Below are positions 37,847 through 46,284 of a stretch of 64,000 nt of DNA, piece by piece. The number at the start of each line of letters is the position of its first letter. Position 1 is the stretch's first letter. The notes beneath the pieces were generated by a model that worked only from the letters and a program-made list of their open reading frames with translations, ran no database searches and had not been told where the DNA came from. The position numbers and the translations under genes are program-made. Source of the stretch: Clostridia bacterium (GTDB lineage Bacteria > Bacillota > Clostridia > Oscillospirales > CAG-272); NCBI GenBank assembly GCA_017517745.1, contig JAFWYJ010000040.1, positions 84,203 to 148,202 of the forward strand, written 5' to 3'.

Positions 37847-39139
37847 ATGAATACATACGAGCATTCGGTTTCTTTGGATATTTCCAGATGTACGGGTTGT
37901 ACGACCTGCATGAAGCACTGTCCCACCGAAGCCATTCGGATTTTGGACGGTCACGCGAAGATCGATCCGGACCGTTGCATCGATTGCGGTGTCTGTATTC
38001 GGAACTGTCCGAACCAAGCGAAGAAGGCGAATTACAGCAAGCTTGATTCCGTGATGCGCTACAAATGGAAGATCGCGCTCCCCGCACCCACGCTTTACGG
38101 TCAGTTCGAGAAACTGGAGGACATTGATTACGTGCTCCAGGGACTTTACGACATCGGCTTTGATTCGGTGGTTGAGGTTGCGCAGGCGGCAGAGCTGGTT
38201 TCAGCTTATACGCGTCTGTATCTGAAGACCGAGGGCATCACAAAGCCCGTGATCAGCTCGGCGTGTCCCGTGGTGCTTCGCTTGATCTCATTGCGTTATC
38301 CGACGCTGAAGGATCACATCATGCAGATCCTGCCTCCTATGGAGATCGCGGCGAAGATGGCGCGTCAGAAGGCAATGCAAGAGCACCCCGAGCTGGGGGA
38401 TGAGGATATTTGCGTTTGCTTCATTTCTCCGTGTCCCGCAAAGGTCAGCTACATTCGCAACGGATTTGGTGATTACAAAAGCGAGATCAATGAGGTTGTG
38501 TCAATCAGCGACGTGTACTTCAGTCTCTTGAACGTCATGAAAAGAGGAAAGACGCCCGTGCCGCTTTCCAAATCGGGAATGATCGGCATCAGCTGGGCAA
38601 CGTCCGGCGGAGAATGCTCTGCCATCTTCAATGACAAATATCTGGCGGCTGACGGAATTGAAAACGTGATGCGCGTGCTGGAACAGCTGGACAACGGAAA
38701 CATCTCTTCTTCGCTCGAATTCGTTGAGCTGAACGCTTGTCCGGGCGGATGCGTGGGCGGTGTCATGGCAGTGGAGAATCCCTTTGTGGCAAAGGCAAGG
38801 TTGCAAACGCTTCGCCGATATCTGCCGGTCTCTCAAACCTTTTTGAGAGAGGAGGACGGGGAATATATCCCGGAAGGCTATTTCTTCGATAAAATGCCGA
38901 CCTACCGTCCGATCCAGCGCCTGAGCGAGAACTTCGGAGAATCGCTTCGCATGATGTCCGAGATCCAGAAGATCCGTGCCGAACTGCCCGGAATCGACTG
39001 CGGTGCCTGCGGCGCGCCGAACTGCCGCGCTTTTGCGGAGGACGTTGTGCGCGGAAAAACGCAAAGAGGAGATTGCATTGTCGAAAAGGTCCGCAAGACC
39101 GAACAAAAAAATCAAAACAAGGAGCAGAAGGAACCATGA
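37847..39139 (+). CDS. HydS-like sensory [FeFe]-hydrogenase paralogue (2x[4Fe-4S] N-domain, degenerate H-domain, C-terminal CX2CX4CX16C)
   Basis: CTGCTTCMKHCP and CIDCGVCIRNCP. H-cluster motifs read SSACP, SPCPAK, ELNACPGGCVGG. C-terminal CGACGAPNCRAFAEDVVRGKTQRGDC. Confidence 0.8.
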   Translation: MNTYEHSVSLDISRCTGCTTCMKHCPTEAIRILDGHAKIDPDRCIDCGVCIRNCPNQAKKANYSKLDSVMRYKWKIALPAPTLYGQFEKLEDIDYVLQGLYDIGFDSVVEVAQAAELVSAYTRLYLKTEGITKPVISSACPVVLRLISLRYPTLKDHIMQILPPMEIAAKMARQKAMQEHPELGDEDICVCFISPCPAKVSYIRNGFGDYKSEINEVVSISDVYFSLLNVMKRGKTPVPLSKSGMIGISWATSGGECSAIFNDKYLAADGIENVMRVLEQLDNGNISSSLEFVELNACPGGCVGGVMAVENPFVAKARLQTLRRYLPVSQTFLREEDGEYIPEGYFFDKMPTYRPIQRLSENFGESLRMMSEIQKIRAELPGIDCGACGAPNCRAFAEDVVRGKTQRGDCIVEKVRKTEQKNQNKEQKEP

Positions 39140-39465
39140 CAGTCGGAGAAATGGCGAAAACGCTGCAACTGACTCCCATCACGGTGGGGGACGAGTCGCG
39201 CACCTGGTCCGGTGTCTACATCGGAGATCTGCTCAGTTGGGTGATGGGACGTGCCGCGTGTGACAATGCGTGGATCACCATCATGTCCAACGTCAATATC
39301 GTTGCGGTCGCAACGCTGGTGGACGTTGCCGTCATCATTCTCGCCGAGGGAGTCACCCTTGAGGAGAGCGTGCGCAACACCGCCGCGGCGAAGGGAGTCA
39401 ATATTTACACTTCCGAAAAGACCGCGTATGAGCTTGCCAAAGAGTTGGCAGGCTTGCAACCATGA
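39136..39465 (+). CDS. Second small DRTGG-domain-like protein
   Basis: Start at MTVGEMAK (ATGA overlap at 39136-39139). 109 aa. Similar size and hydrophobic core pattern to 37018..37374. Confidence 0.55.
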   Translation: MTVGEMAKTLQLTPITVGDESRTWSGVYIGDLLSWVMGRAACDNAWITIMSNVNIVAVATLVDVAVIILAEGVTLEESVRNTAAAKGVNIYTSEKTAYELAKELAGLQP

Positions 39466-40202
39466 ATCGCTATTATTACGATTTCCATATCCATTCCTGC
39501 TTGTCTCCCTGTGCCGATAACGACATGACTCCCGGTAACATTGCCGGCATGGCGGCGCTCGCGGGCTTGCAGATCGTTGCTCTGACCGATCACAATTCCT
39601 GTCGGAACTGTCCGGCGTTCTTCGCGGCGGCAAAGAAGTACGGCATCATTCCCGTTGCGGGAATGGAATTGACGACGGCGGAGGATATTCACGTGGTGTG
39701 TCTGTTTGAAGAGCTGGCGGATGCCTTGCGCTTCAACGACGAGGTGGACAGGCTGCGGATTCGCTTCAAAAACCGTGTGGATATCTTTGGAGAACAGCTT
39801 CTTGTGGACGAGAATGACGAGGTGATCGGACAGGAGGAGGATCTGCTTTCCAACGCAACGCAGATTCCCATCGACGACGTTCCGCCGTTGGTGGCAAAAT
39901 ACAACGGAATCTGTATTCCCGCTCACGTGGATCGTGAGGGAAACGGCATCATCGCCACGTTGGGTACGTTCCCGGATACCCCCGATTTTCAGGCGGCGGA
40001 GTTTCACTTTGCCGAGAAGATCGAGGAGTACAGGAAATGCTATCCGCGGCTTCGGGAGCTACCGATAACGGTTGGCTCGGACGCGCATTATCTTTGGGAT
40101 ATTCGCGATAAGCAGCATTATTTTGAGCTTGAGGACGAGCCATACAGCGGCGATTTTGTACGAAAACAGCTCTTTCGATTGTTGGGAGGGAAATCGCAAT
40201 GA
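39462..40202 (+). CDS. PHP-domain phosphoesterase
   Basis: YYDFHIHSCLSPCAD...ALTDHNS...IPAHVDR metal-binding His/Asp pattern of PHP. Confidence 0.8.
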   Translation: MNRYYYDFHIHSCLSPCADNDMTPGNIAGMAALAGLQIVALTDHNSCRNCPAFFAAAKKYGIIPVAGMELTTAEDIHVVCLFEELADALRFNDEVDRLRIRFKNRVDIFGEQLLVDENDEVIGQEEDLLSNATQIPIDDVPPLVAKYNGICIPAHVDREGNGIIATLGTFPDTPDFQAAEFHFAEKIEEYRKCYPRLRELPITVGSDAHYLWDIRDKQHYFELEDEPYSGDFVRKQLFRLLGGKSQ

Positions 40203-40759
40203 AGGAATTATCACTCAACGTTCTGGACATCGCCAAAAACTCCGTAAAGGCGAAGGCAACCTTGATTTCGATCCGATTGGAGGAGACCGAGGAGACCTTC
40301 ACCATGACCGTTTGCGATGACGGTTGCGGCATGACGGAAGAAATTTTGAGGGGCGTGATCGATCCTTTTTGCACCACGCGAAAAACACGCAAGGTGGGAA
40401 TGGGAATTCCGCTGCTCAAAATGGCGGCAGAGCAAACGGGAGGCAACGTCAGCATCACCTCGCGCCACGTGGATTCCTTTCCGGACACACACGGCACCGA
40501 GCTGACCGCACTCTTTTACAAAAATCACATCGATTTTACCCCTTTGGGGGACATCGTTTCCACAGTGACGACCCTGATCCAGGGAAGTCCGGAAATCGAT
40601 TTTGAATTTCTTCACACTTCGGATAGATTTCGCGTTACTCTCGATACCCGACAGCTGCGCGAGATCCTCGGTGAGGAAATCCCGCTGAGCAGTCCCGAGA
40701 TCATTCAGTGGGTCGCACAGTATTTGGGAGAGCAATATGCAAATTTATCTAATAACTAA
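40199..40759 (+). CDS. GHKL (histidine-kinase-like) ATPase without a dimerisation/His domain
   Basis: N-box LNVLDIAKNSVKA, G1 DDGCGM, G2 GMGIPLL. 186 aa. Confidence 0.75.
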   Translation: MKELSLNVLDIAKNSVKAKATLISIRLEETEETFTMTVCDDGCGMTEEILRGVIDPFCTTRKTRKVGMGIPLLKMAAEQTGGNVSITSRHVDSFPDTHGTELTALFYKNHIDFTPLGDIVSTVTTLIQGSPEIDFEFLHTSDRFRVTLDTRQLREILGEEIPLSSPEIIQWVAQYLGEQYANLSNN

Positions 40760-40793
40760 TGAAGAATTATGAAGAAGGAAAGGAAATGAAGCT

Positions 40794-41165
40794 ATGAAAT
40801 CTTTGGCAGAACTTGCGGCTATCAGAGACAAAATGAAGGACAAGATCGTTCTTCGCGAGGGAGGGGAAGTCACCCGCATCGTGGTTGGCATGGCAACCTG
40901 CGGCATCGCAGCAGGCGCACGTCCCGTTCTCAACGCATTCGTCGAGGGAGTTGACCGCGAAGGACTCAACGCGAAGGTCGTGGTATCCCAGACGGGTTGC
41001 ATCGGTCTTTGCCAATACGAGCCGATCGTTGAGGTCAGCGAGCCCGGCAAGGAAAAGGTCACCTACGTCAAGATGACCGTTGAAAAAGCAGAGAAGGTGC
41101 TCAAGCAGCACATTCAGGGCGGCAAGATCGTGGAAGAATACACGATCACCGCAGCGCAGAAATAA
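40794..41165 (+). CDS. Thioredoxin-like [2Fe-2S] ferredoxin subunit of the hydrogenase
   Basis: GMATCGIAAGA...QTGCIGLCQYEP. 123 aa. Confidence 0.85.
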   Translation: MKSLAELAAIRDKMKDKIVLREGGEVTRIVVGMATCGIAAGARPVLNAFVEGVDREGLNAKVVVSQTGCIGLCQYEPIVEVSEPGKEKVTYVKMTVEKAEKVLKQHIQGGKIVEEYTITAAQK

Positions 41166-41183
41166 TTTGGAGGTATCGGAAAT

Positions 41184-43016
41184 ATGATTCGCTCACATGT
41201 ATTGGTTTGCGGCGGTACGGGCTGTACCTCTTCCGGAAGCCCGAAAATTCAAGCCGCTTTTCAGGCAGAAATTGAAAAGCTGGGCTTGGCAGAGGAAGTA
41301 AAGGTCGTTCAGACCGGTTGCTTCGGTCTTTGCGCGCTCGGCCCGGTCGTCATCGTTTATCCCGACGGCACGTTCTACAGCAACGTCACCGTGGAGGATG
41401 TTGCAGAGATCGCCAGCGAGCATCTTCTGAAGGGCCGTATCGTTGAGAGACTTGTCTACAACGACACCGGCGCGGCTGACGAAAAGGCAGGTGCTGAGGA
41501 AGCACACGCATCGCTCAGCGACACCATTTTCTACAAATCCCAGCACCGTCTGGCTCTTCGCAACTGCGGTGTCATCAACCCTGAGAACATCGAAGAGTAC
41601 ATCGCAATGGACGGTTATGCAGCACTCGGTAAGGTTCTGACCGAGATGACGCCCGACGAAGTCATCCAGACCATTCTGGATTCCGGCTTGCGCGGACGCG
41701 GAGGCGCAGGCTTCCCGACCGGCTTGAAGTGGAAGTTTGCTTCGGGCAACCGCGGCAACGTGCAGAAGTACGTTTGCTGTAACGCAGACGAGGGTGACCC
41801 CGGTGCGTTCATGGACCGTTCGATCCTCGAGGGTGACCCCCACGCTCTGATCGAGGCAATGACGATCGCAGGTTATGCAATCGGCGCAAATCAGGGTTAT
41901 GTTTACGTTCGTGCAGAGTATCCGATCGCCGTCAACCGTTTGCAGATCGCAATCGATCAGGCAAAGGAATACGGCCTGCTCGGTAACAACATCTTCGGAA
42001 GCGATTTCAGCTTCGACCTCGGCATCCGTCTGGGTGCGGGCGCATTCGTTTGCGGTGAGGAGACCGCGCTGATGACCTCGATCGAGGGTAATCGCGGTGA
42101 GCCTCGTCCGCGTCCTCCGTTCCCCGCAGTCAAGGGTCTGTTCGGCAAGCCCACCGTCCTCAACAACGTTGAGACCTATGCAAACATTCCTCAGATCATT
42201 CTCCGCGGTGTGGATTGGTTCCGCTCCATGGGTACCGAGAAGTCCAAGGGTACGAAGGTATTCGCACTTGGCGGTAAGATCAAGAACACGGGTCTGGTTG
42301 AGGTTCCCATGGGTACCACCCTTCGCACGATTATCGAGGAGATCGGTGGCGGCATCCCGAACGGTAAGAAGTTCAAGGCAGCACAGACCGGTGGTCCTTC
42401 CGGTGGATGTATCCCCGCACACCTCATCGACACGCCCATCGACTACGATAACCTCCTGGAGATCGGCTCGATGATGGGTTCGGGCGGATTGATCGTCATG
42501 GACGAGGACAACTGCATGGTTGACATCGCACGCTTCTTCCTCGACTTCACGGTTGACGAGTCTTGCGGTAAATGTACGCCTTGCCGCGTCGGTACCAAGA
42601 GATTGCTTGAGATCCTGGATAAGATCATCGCCGGTAAGGGCGAGATGGAAGACCTCGACAGACTCGAGGAGCTTTCCAACTACATCAAGTCCGCATCTCT
42701 TTGCGGCTTGGGACAGACCGCGCCCAACCCCGTTCTTTCGACGCTTCGCTACTTCAGAGACGAGTATATCGCTCACATCGTCGACAAGAAATGTCCCGCA
42801 GGCGTATGTAAGAGCCTGCTGAGCTTCACCATCGATGCCGACAAGTGTATCGGATGTGGCATGTGCGCAAAGCAGTGTCCCGCTTCCGCGATCGCAAGAA
42901 CCGACTACGTGGCTCCCGGTCACAAGCTCGCTTCCTTTGCAATCGATCCCGCAAAGTGCGTGAAGTGCGGCGCTTGTATGCCCACCTGTAAGTTCAAAGC
43001 TATTTCTAAGAAATAA
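41184..43016 (+). CDS. hydB: NuoF-like FMN/NAD(P)H-binding subunit of electron-bifurcating [FeFe]-hydrogenase
   Basis: N-terminal 2Fe-2S (VCGGTGCTSSG...GCFGLCALGP), GRGGAGFPTG.KW, CGKCTPCR, C-terminal 2x[4Fe-4S] (CIGCGMCAKQCP, CVKCGACMPTC). Confidence 0.95.
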   Translation: MIRSHVLVCGGTGCTSSGSPKIQAAFQAEIEKLGLAEEVKVVQTGCFGLCALGPVVIVYPDGTFYSNVTVEDVAEIASEHLLKGRIVERLVYNDTGAADEKAGAEEAHASLSDTIFYKSQHRLALRNCGVINPENIEEYIAMDGYAALGKVLTEMTPDEVIQTILDSGLRGRGGAGFPTGLKWKFASGNRGNVQKYVCCNADEGDPGAFMDRSILEGDPHALIEAMTIAGYAIGANQGYVYVRAEYPIAVNRLQIAIDQAKEYGLLGNNIFGSDFSFDLGIRLGAGAFVCGEETALMTSIEGNRGEPRPRPPFPAVKGLFGKPTVLNNVETYANIPQIILRGVDWFRSMGTEKSKGTKVFALGGKIKNTGLVEVPMGTTLRTIIEEIGGGIPNGKKFKAAQTGGPSGGCIPAHLIDTPIDYDNLLEIGSMMGSGGLIVMDEDNCMVDIARFFLDFTVDESCGKCTPCRVGTKRLLEILDKIIAGKGEMEDLDRLEELSNYIKSASLCGLGQTAPNPVLSTLRYFRDEYIAHIVDKKCPAGVCKSLLSFTIDADKCIGCGMCAKQCPASAIARTDYVAPGHKLASFAIDPAKCVKCGACMPTCKFKAISKK

Positions 43017-43034
43017 GAAAGGAGAATTGTGGAC

Positions 43035-44792
43035 ATGGATATGATTAACGTAAAAATTAACGGCGTCGATTATTCGGTCGCCAAGGGTTCCACGGTTCTG
43101 GAAGCCGCAAAAGCAGCGCATATTGATATTCCCACGCTCTGCTACCTGAAAGATATCAACGAGATCGGCGCTTGCCGTCTCTGCTTGGTTGAGATCGCCG
43201 AGATGCGCGGACCCGAGCTCGGTCCTTGGCGCATGGTGACCGCTTGCGTATATCCCTGTACCGAGGGAATGCAGATCAAGACCAACACCCCCAAGATCGC
43301 CGCATCGCGCAAGATGAACCTGGAGCTGTTGCTCTCGAACCACAACCAGGATTGCCTCTCTTGCGTTCGCTCCACCAACTGCGAGCTGCAGGCTCTCTGC
43401 CGTGAGTACGGCGTAACCTCCTCCAAGTTCGTGGGTGAGGTCAACGAATATGAGATCGACGACAAGACGCCGATCATTCGTGACAACAGCAAGTGCGTGC
43501 TCTGCCGCCGTTGTGTCGCAACCTGTGCAAAGGTTCAGGAGATCGGTGTGATCGGCGCGAACAACCGTGGATTTGACACTTACATCGGCTCTGCCTTCGG
43601 CGAAGCTCTCGAGAACACCTCCTGCATCAACTGCGGACAGTGTATCGTTGCTTGCCCCGTTGGCGCACTCTACGAGAGAGACGATACCGACGGCGTATTT
43701 GCCGCTCTGGCAGATCCCACCAAGCACACCGTCATCTGCACCGCACCCTCCGTGCGCGCACAGATCGGCGAATGCTTCGGCTACGAGCCCGGTACCGACT
43801 GCGAGGGCAAGATGGTCTCTGCTCTCAAGGCACTCGGATTTGACGGCGTTTACGATATGAACCTGACCGCTGACCTGACCATCGTGGAAGAGGCAAACGA
43901 GCTGCTTGGCAGAATCAACAACAACGGTGTTCTGCCGATGATCACCTCTTGCTCGCCCGGTTGGATCAAGTATTGCGAGCACTATTTCCCCGAATACACC
44001 GAAAACCTCTCCACCTGCAAGTCTCCTCAGCAGATGTTTGGCGCAATCGTCAAGACCTACTATGCAGAGAAGATGGGTTGGGATCCCAAGGACATCGTCA
44101 TGGTATCCGCAATTCCTTGTACGGCGAAGAAGTTCGAGATCGGCCGTGCTGATCAGTCCGCAGCAGGCGTTCCCGACGTCGATTTTGCCATCACCACCCG
44201 TGAGGTTGGCAGAATGATCAAGAAGGCAGGCATCAACTTCCGCGCTCTCGAGGACGGCAAGTTTGACGATCCCTTCGCAATCGGTTCGAGTGCAGGCGCG
44301 ATCTTTGGAGCTACCGGCGGCGTTATGGAGGCTGCTCTCCGTTACGCGGCAGAGGTCATTCTCGGCAAGAAGCTCGAGAAGGTTGACTTCACCGAGGTTC
44401 GTGGCGTTGAAGGCATCAAGACCGCTTCCTACAAGCTGGGCGACCTCACCGTCAACGTTGCCGTTGCTTCGAGCACCGGCATGGCAAAGAAGCTGTTGAA
44501 CATGGTCAAGGCAGGCGAGCTCGACGTTCAGTTCATCGAGATCATGGGATGCCCCGGCGGATGCGTCAATGGCGGCGGTCAGCCGATTCAGCCGGCATCG
44601 GTTCGTATGAACATGGATCTGCGTGCCGTTCGTGCAGCGATCCTGTATAACGATGACGCCAACGAGACCCTGCGTAAGTCTCAGGACAACCTGGCTGTCC
44701 AGAAGATCTACGACGAGTTCCTCGGCGAGCCCAACAGCCACAAGGCTCACGAAATTCTGCACACCTCCTACATTAAGAGAGGCTTGTACTAA
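43035..44792 (+). CDS. hydA: [FeFe]-hydrogenase catalytic subunit (group A, multimeric type)
   Basis: N-terminal 2Fe-2S plus Fe-S domains. H-cluster motifs TSCSPGW, IPCTAKKFE, EIMGCPGGCVNGGGQP. Start ambiguous (GTG 43029, ATG 43035 or 43041). Confidence 0.95.
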   Translation: MDMINVKINGVDYSVAKGSTVLEAAKAAHIDIPTLCYLKDINEIGACRLCLVEIAEMRGPELGPWRMVTACVYPCTEGMQIKTNTPKIAASRKMNLELLLSNHNQDCLSCVRSTNCELQALCREYGVTSSKFVGEVNEYEIDDKTPIIRDNSKCVLCRRCVATCAKVQEIGVIGANNRGFDTYIGSAFGEALENTSCINCGQCIVACPVGALYERDDTDGVFAALADPTKHTVICTAPSVRAQIGECFGYEPGTDCEGKMVSALKALGFDGVYDMNLTADLTIVEEANELLGRINNNGVLPMITSCSPGWIKYCEHYFPEYTENLSTCKSPQQMFGAIVKTYYAEKMGWDPKDIVMVSAIPCTAKKFEIGRADQSAAGVPDVDFAITTREVGRMIKKAGINFRALEDGKFDDPFAIGSSAGAIFGATGGVMEAALRYAAEVILGKKLEKVDFTEVRGVEGIKTASYKLGDLTVNVAVASSTGMAKKLLNMVKAGELDVQFIEIMGCPGGCVNGGGQPIQPASVRMNMDLRAVRAAILYNDDANETLRKSQDNLAVQKIYDEFLGEPNSHKAHEILHTSYIKRGLY

Positions 44793-44810
44793 TTAGAAGC
44801 AGATGTTTTT

Positions 44811-44877
44811 GCGGGGGAGGAGAACTTCTTGAAAGAAGCTTCTCCTCCCCCGCGCCCCCTCCACTCAAGAACTTTTT
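44811..44877. repeat. G-rich hairpin repeat, copy A (inverted relative to copies B and C)
   Basis: GCGGGGGAGGAGAACTTCTTGAAAGAAGCTTCTCCTCCCCCGC hairpin, then ...CTCAAGAACTTT. Its reverse complement aligns with 46203..46265 over ~65 nt. Confidence 0.8.
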
Positions 44878-44897
44878 TGAAAAAAGGGAAAGAGAAA

Positions 44898-44940
44898 AGC
44901 ATTACTCGGTTTGACGCCGTGTAATGCTTTCTTTGGTTTT
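44898..44940. terminator. Bidirectional terminator; second member of the AGCATTNC...GNAATGCT family
   Basis: AGCATTAC TCGGTTTGACGCCGT GTAATGCT followed by TTCTTTGGTTTT. Compare 28073..28116. Confidence 0.8.
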
Positions 44941-44972
44941 ATGGGAAGGACACTGAGAAACTGTTTCTGTGT

Positions 44973-45935
44973 TCACTTGACTTCTAAATAGTAGTATTTT
45001 CCAAACAAATACTTTTTATGGGGAGAATAGGGACACTCGTCTTTTGAGCCTGCATACAACAATGAACCACCTCTCCGTGAAGAACGGAGCACTAATACAT
45101 TTCCTCGCTTTCCAATATTGCAAACTTCGTCATAGATTTCAAATATGGTAGGATGCCAGTGAGTAATACTACTTTCAATATTTTCCAAAAGCAATTTGCA
45201 AATACTGACACAACAATCATGTGAATCTACCTCTATATTGATTCTAATATTTTTATATAGATTCCAAACGATGATTTCATTGTTAGCGGAAAGTTCAAAA
45301 TTGTCACACAGATTTGGAGTTTGAAGCATCATGTCATAAAGTTCTTTGGAATTTTGAGGGACGATCATTTTGAACGGCAAATTTTCATTTTCAAATGTGG
45401 TTTCATAACGCCAAGTAACAAAAATGCAATCCGGAATATCTATGCCATACAAATTTATCGGAGGAATCATGTTTCGCTCAACCAGTAGTTTTATCGGATA
45501 ATCGGGGGGACTTTCTAATTTTGTAAGTAACTTCTCATAACATTCATCAAATGGTTTCCAATCGCCATCATAATCCGCAAGCCATTTTTTTCCTTCTTCA
45601 TTGACATCTATATGTTCAAAATCGGGAAAGAGATAAATAGTATTGTCGTAGATGAAATATTCAAAACCATTTGATTCTTGCTTGATATATTTCAATGGCA
45701 GATTTCTACGCATAGCGGAATTATAGAAACGATATTCGGGAGAATACAGCAAACTCGTCATAAACTTTTGCCGAAAATCCGCGTAATATCGAGATTTTTT
45801 ATATGCTTTTTTATTTTTTGGAATTTGGAATATGAGAGAAATAGCTACAATTATAATACCTACGATAATTAAGGGCAAAAATACGATGATAGTTAAAACA
45901 ATTAATAATTTGTGATACCATCTTAGTTCATCCAT
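44973..45935 (-). CDS. Hypothetical membrane-anchored protein (320 aa) in an AT-rich island
   Basis: ORF 44973..46157; start chosen at MDELRWYHK (45935), after GAAGG and downstream of its own promoter. One N-terminal TM helix (LLIVLTIIVFLPLIIVGIIIVAISLIF). No family recognised. Confidence 0.6.
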   Translation of the reverse strand: MDELRWYHKLLIVLTIIVFLPLIIVGIIIVAISLIFQIPKNKKAYKKSRYYADFRQKFMTSLLYSPEYRFYNSAMRRNLPLKYIKQESNGFEYFIYDNTIYLFPDFEHIDVNEEGKKWLADYDGDWKPFDECYEKLLTKLESPPDYPIKLLVERNMIPPINLYGIDIPDCIFVTWRYETTFENENLPFKMIVPQNSKELYDMMLQTPNLCDNFELSANNEIIVWNLYKNIRINIEVDSHDCCVSICKLLLENIESSITHWHPTIFEIYDEVCNIGKRGNVLVLRSSRRGGSLLYAGSKDECPYSPHKKYLFGKYYYLEVK

Positions 45936-45977
45936 TCTGTAAACCTTCTTTTTAACATTTAAATATATCATATTTTT

Positions 45978-46006
45978 ATTATAGCGCGTATTTCCAAGCA
46001 AGTCAA
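45978..46006 (-). promoter_or_regulatory. Consensus sigma-A promoter of the island gene
   Basis: Minus strand: TTGACT (46006-46001), 17-nt spacer, TATAAT (45983-45978). Confidence 0.75.
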
Positions 46007-46202
46007 GTCCTTTACTTATATCAAAACAACATAAAAGCCATTTTGGGTGGTGGTACCAAAACGGTAGTGGGTAACCGTAGGGGTGACCATTGGTCGTCCG
46101 TCCTCTCGTTGGATGCGCATTTTTAAGCGGACGTGCAATGCACGCCCCTACAAACAAAATTGATGCGCACGGATAAACAATTCCGTTTTTTCTTTTTTGT
46201 CA

Positions 46203-46265
46203 GGAAAGTTCTTGAAAGGATGGGGGGGAGGAAAAGCTTCTTTCAAGAAGTTTTCCTTCCCCCGC
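46203..46265. repeat. G-rich hairpin repeat, copy B
   Basis: GAAAGTTCTTGAAAGG, then GGGGGAGGAAAAGCTTCTTTCAAGAAGTTTTCCTTCCCCC hairpin. Confidence 0.8.
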
Positions 46266-46284
46266 AACAATATTGGTTCACTCA

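Noticed and set aside
41193-44762. 1189-aa minus-strand ORF across hydB and hydA
   Set aside because: It is antisense to genes with complete Fe-S and H-cluster motifs, so it is a shadow ORF with no recognisable domains.
45936-46157. N-terminal 74-codon extension of the island ORF given in the ORF track
   Set aside because: A consensus promoter (46006-45978) lies inside the extension. The extension crosses the GC-rich block with non-protein-like sequence. A good RBS precedes the ATG at 45935.
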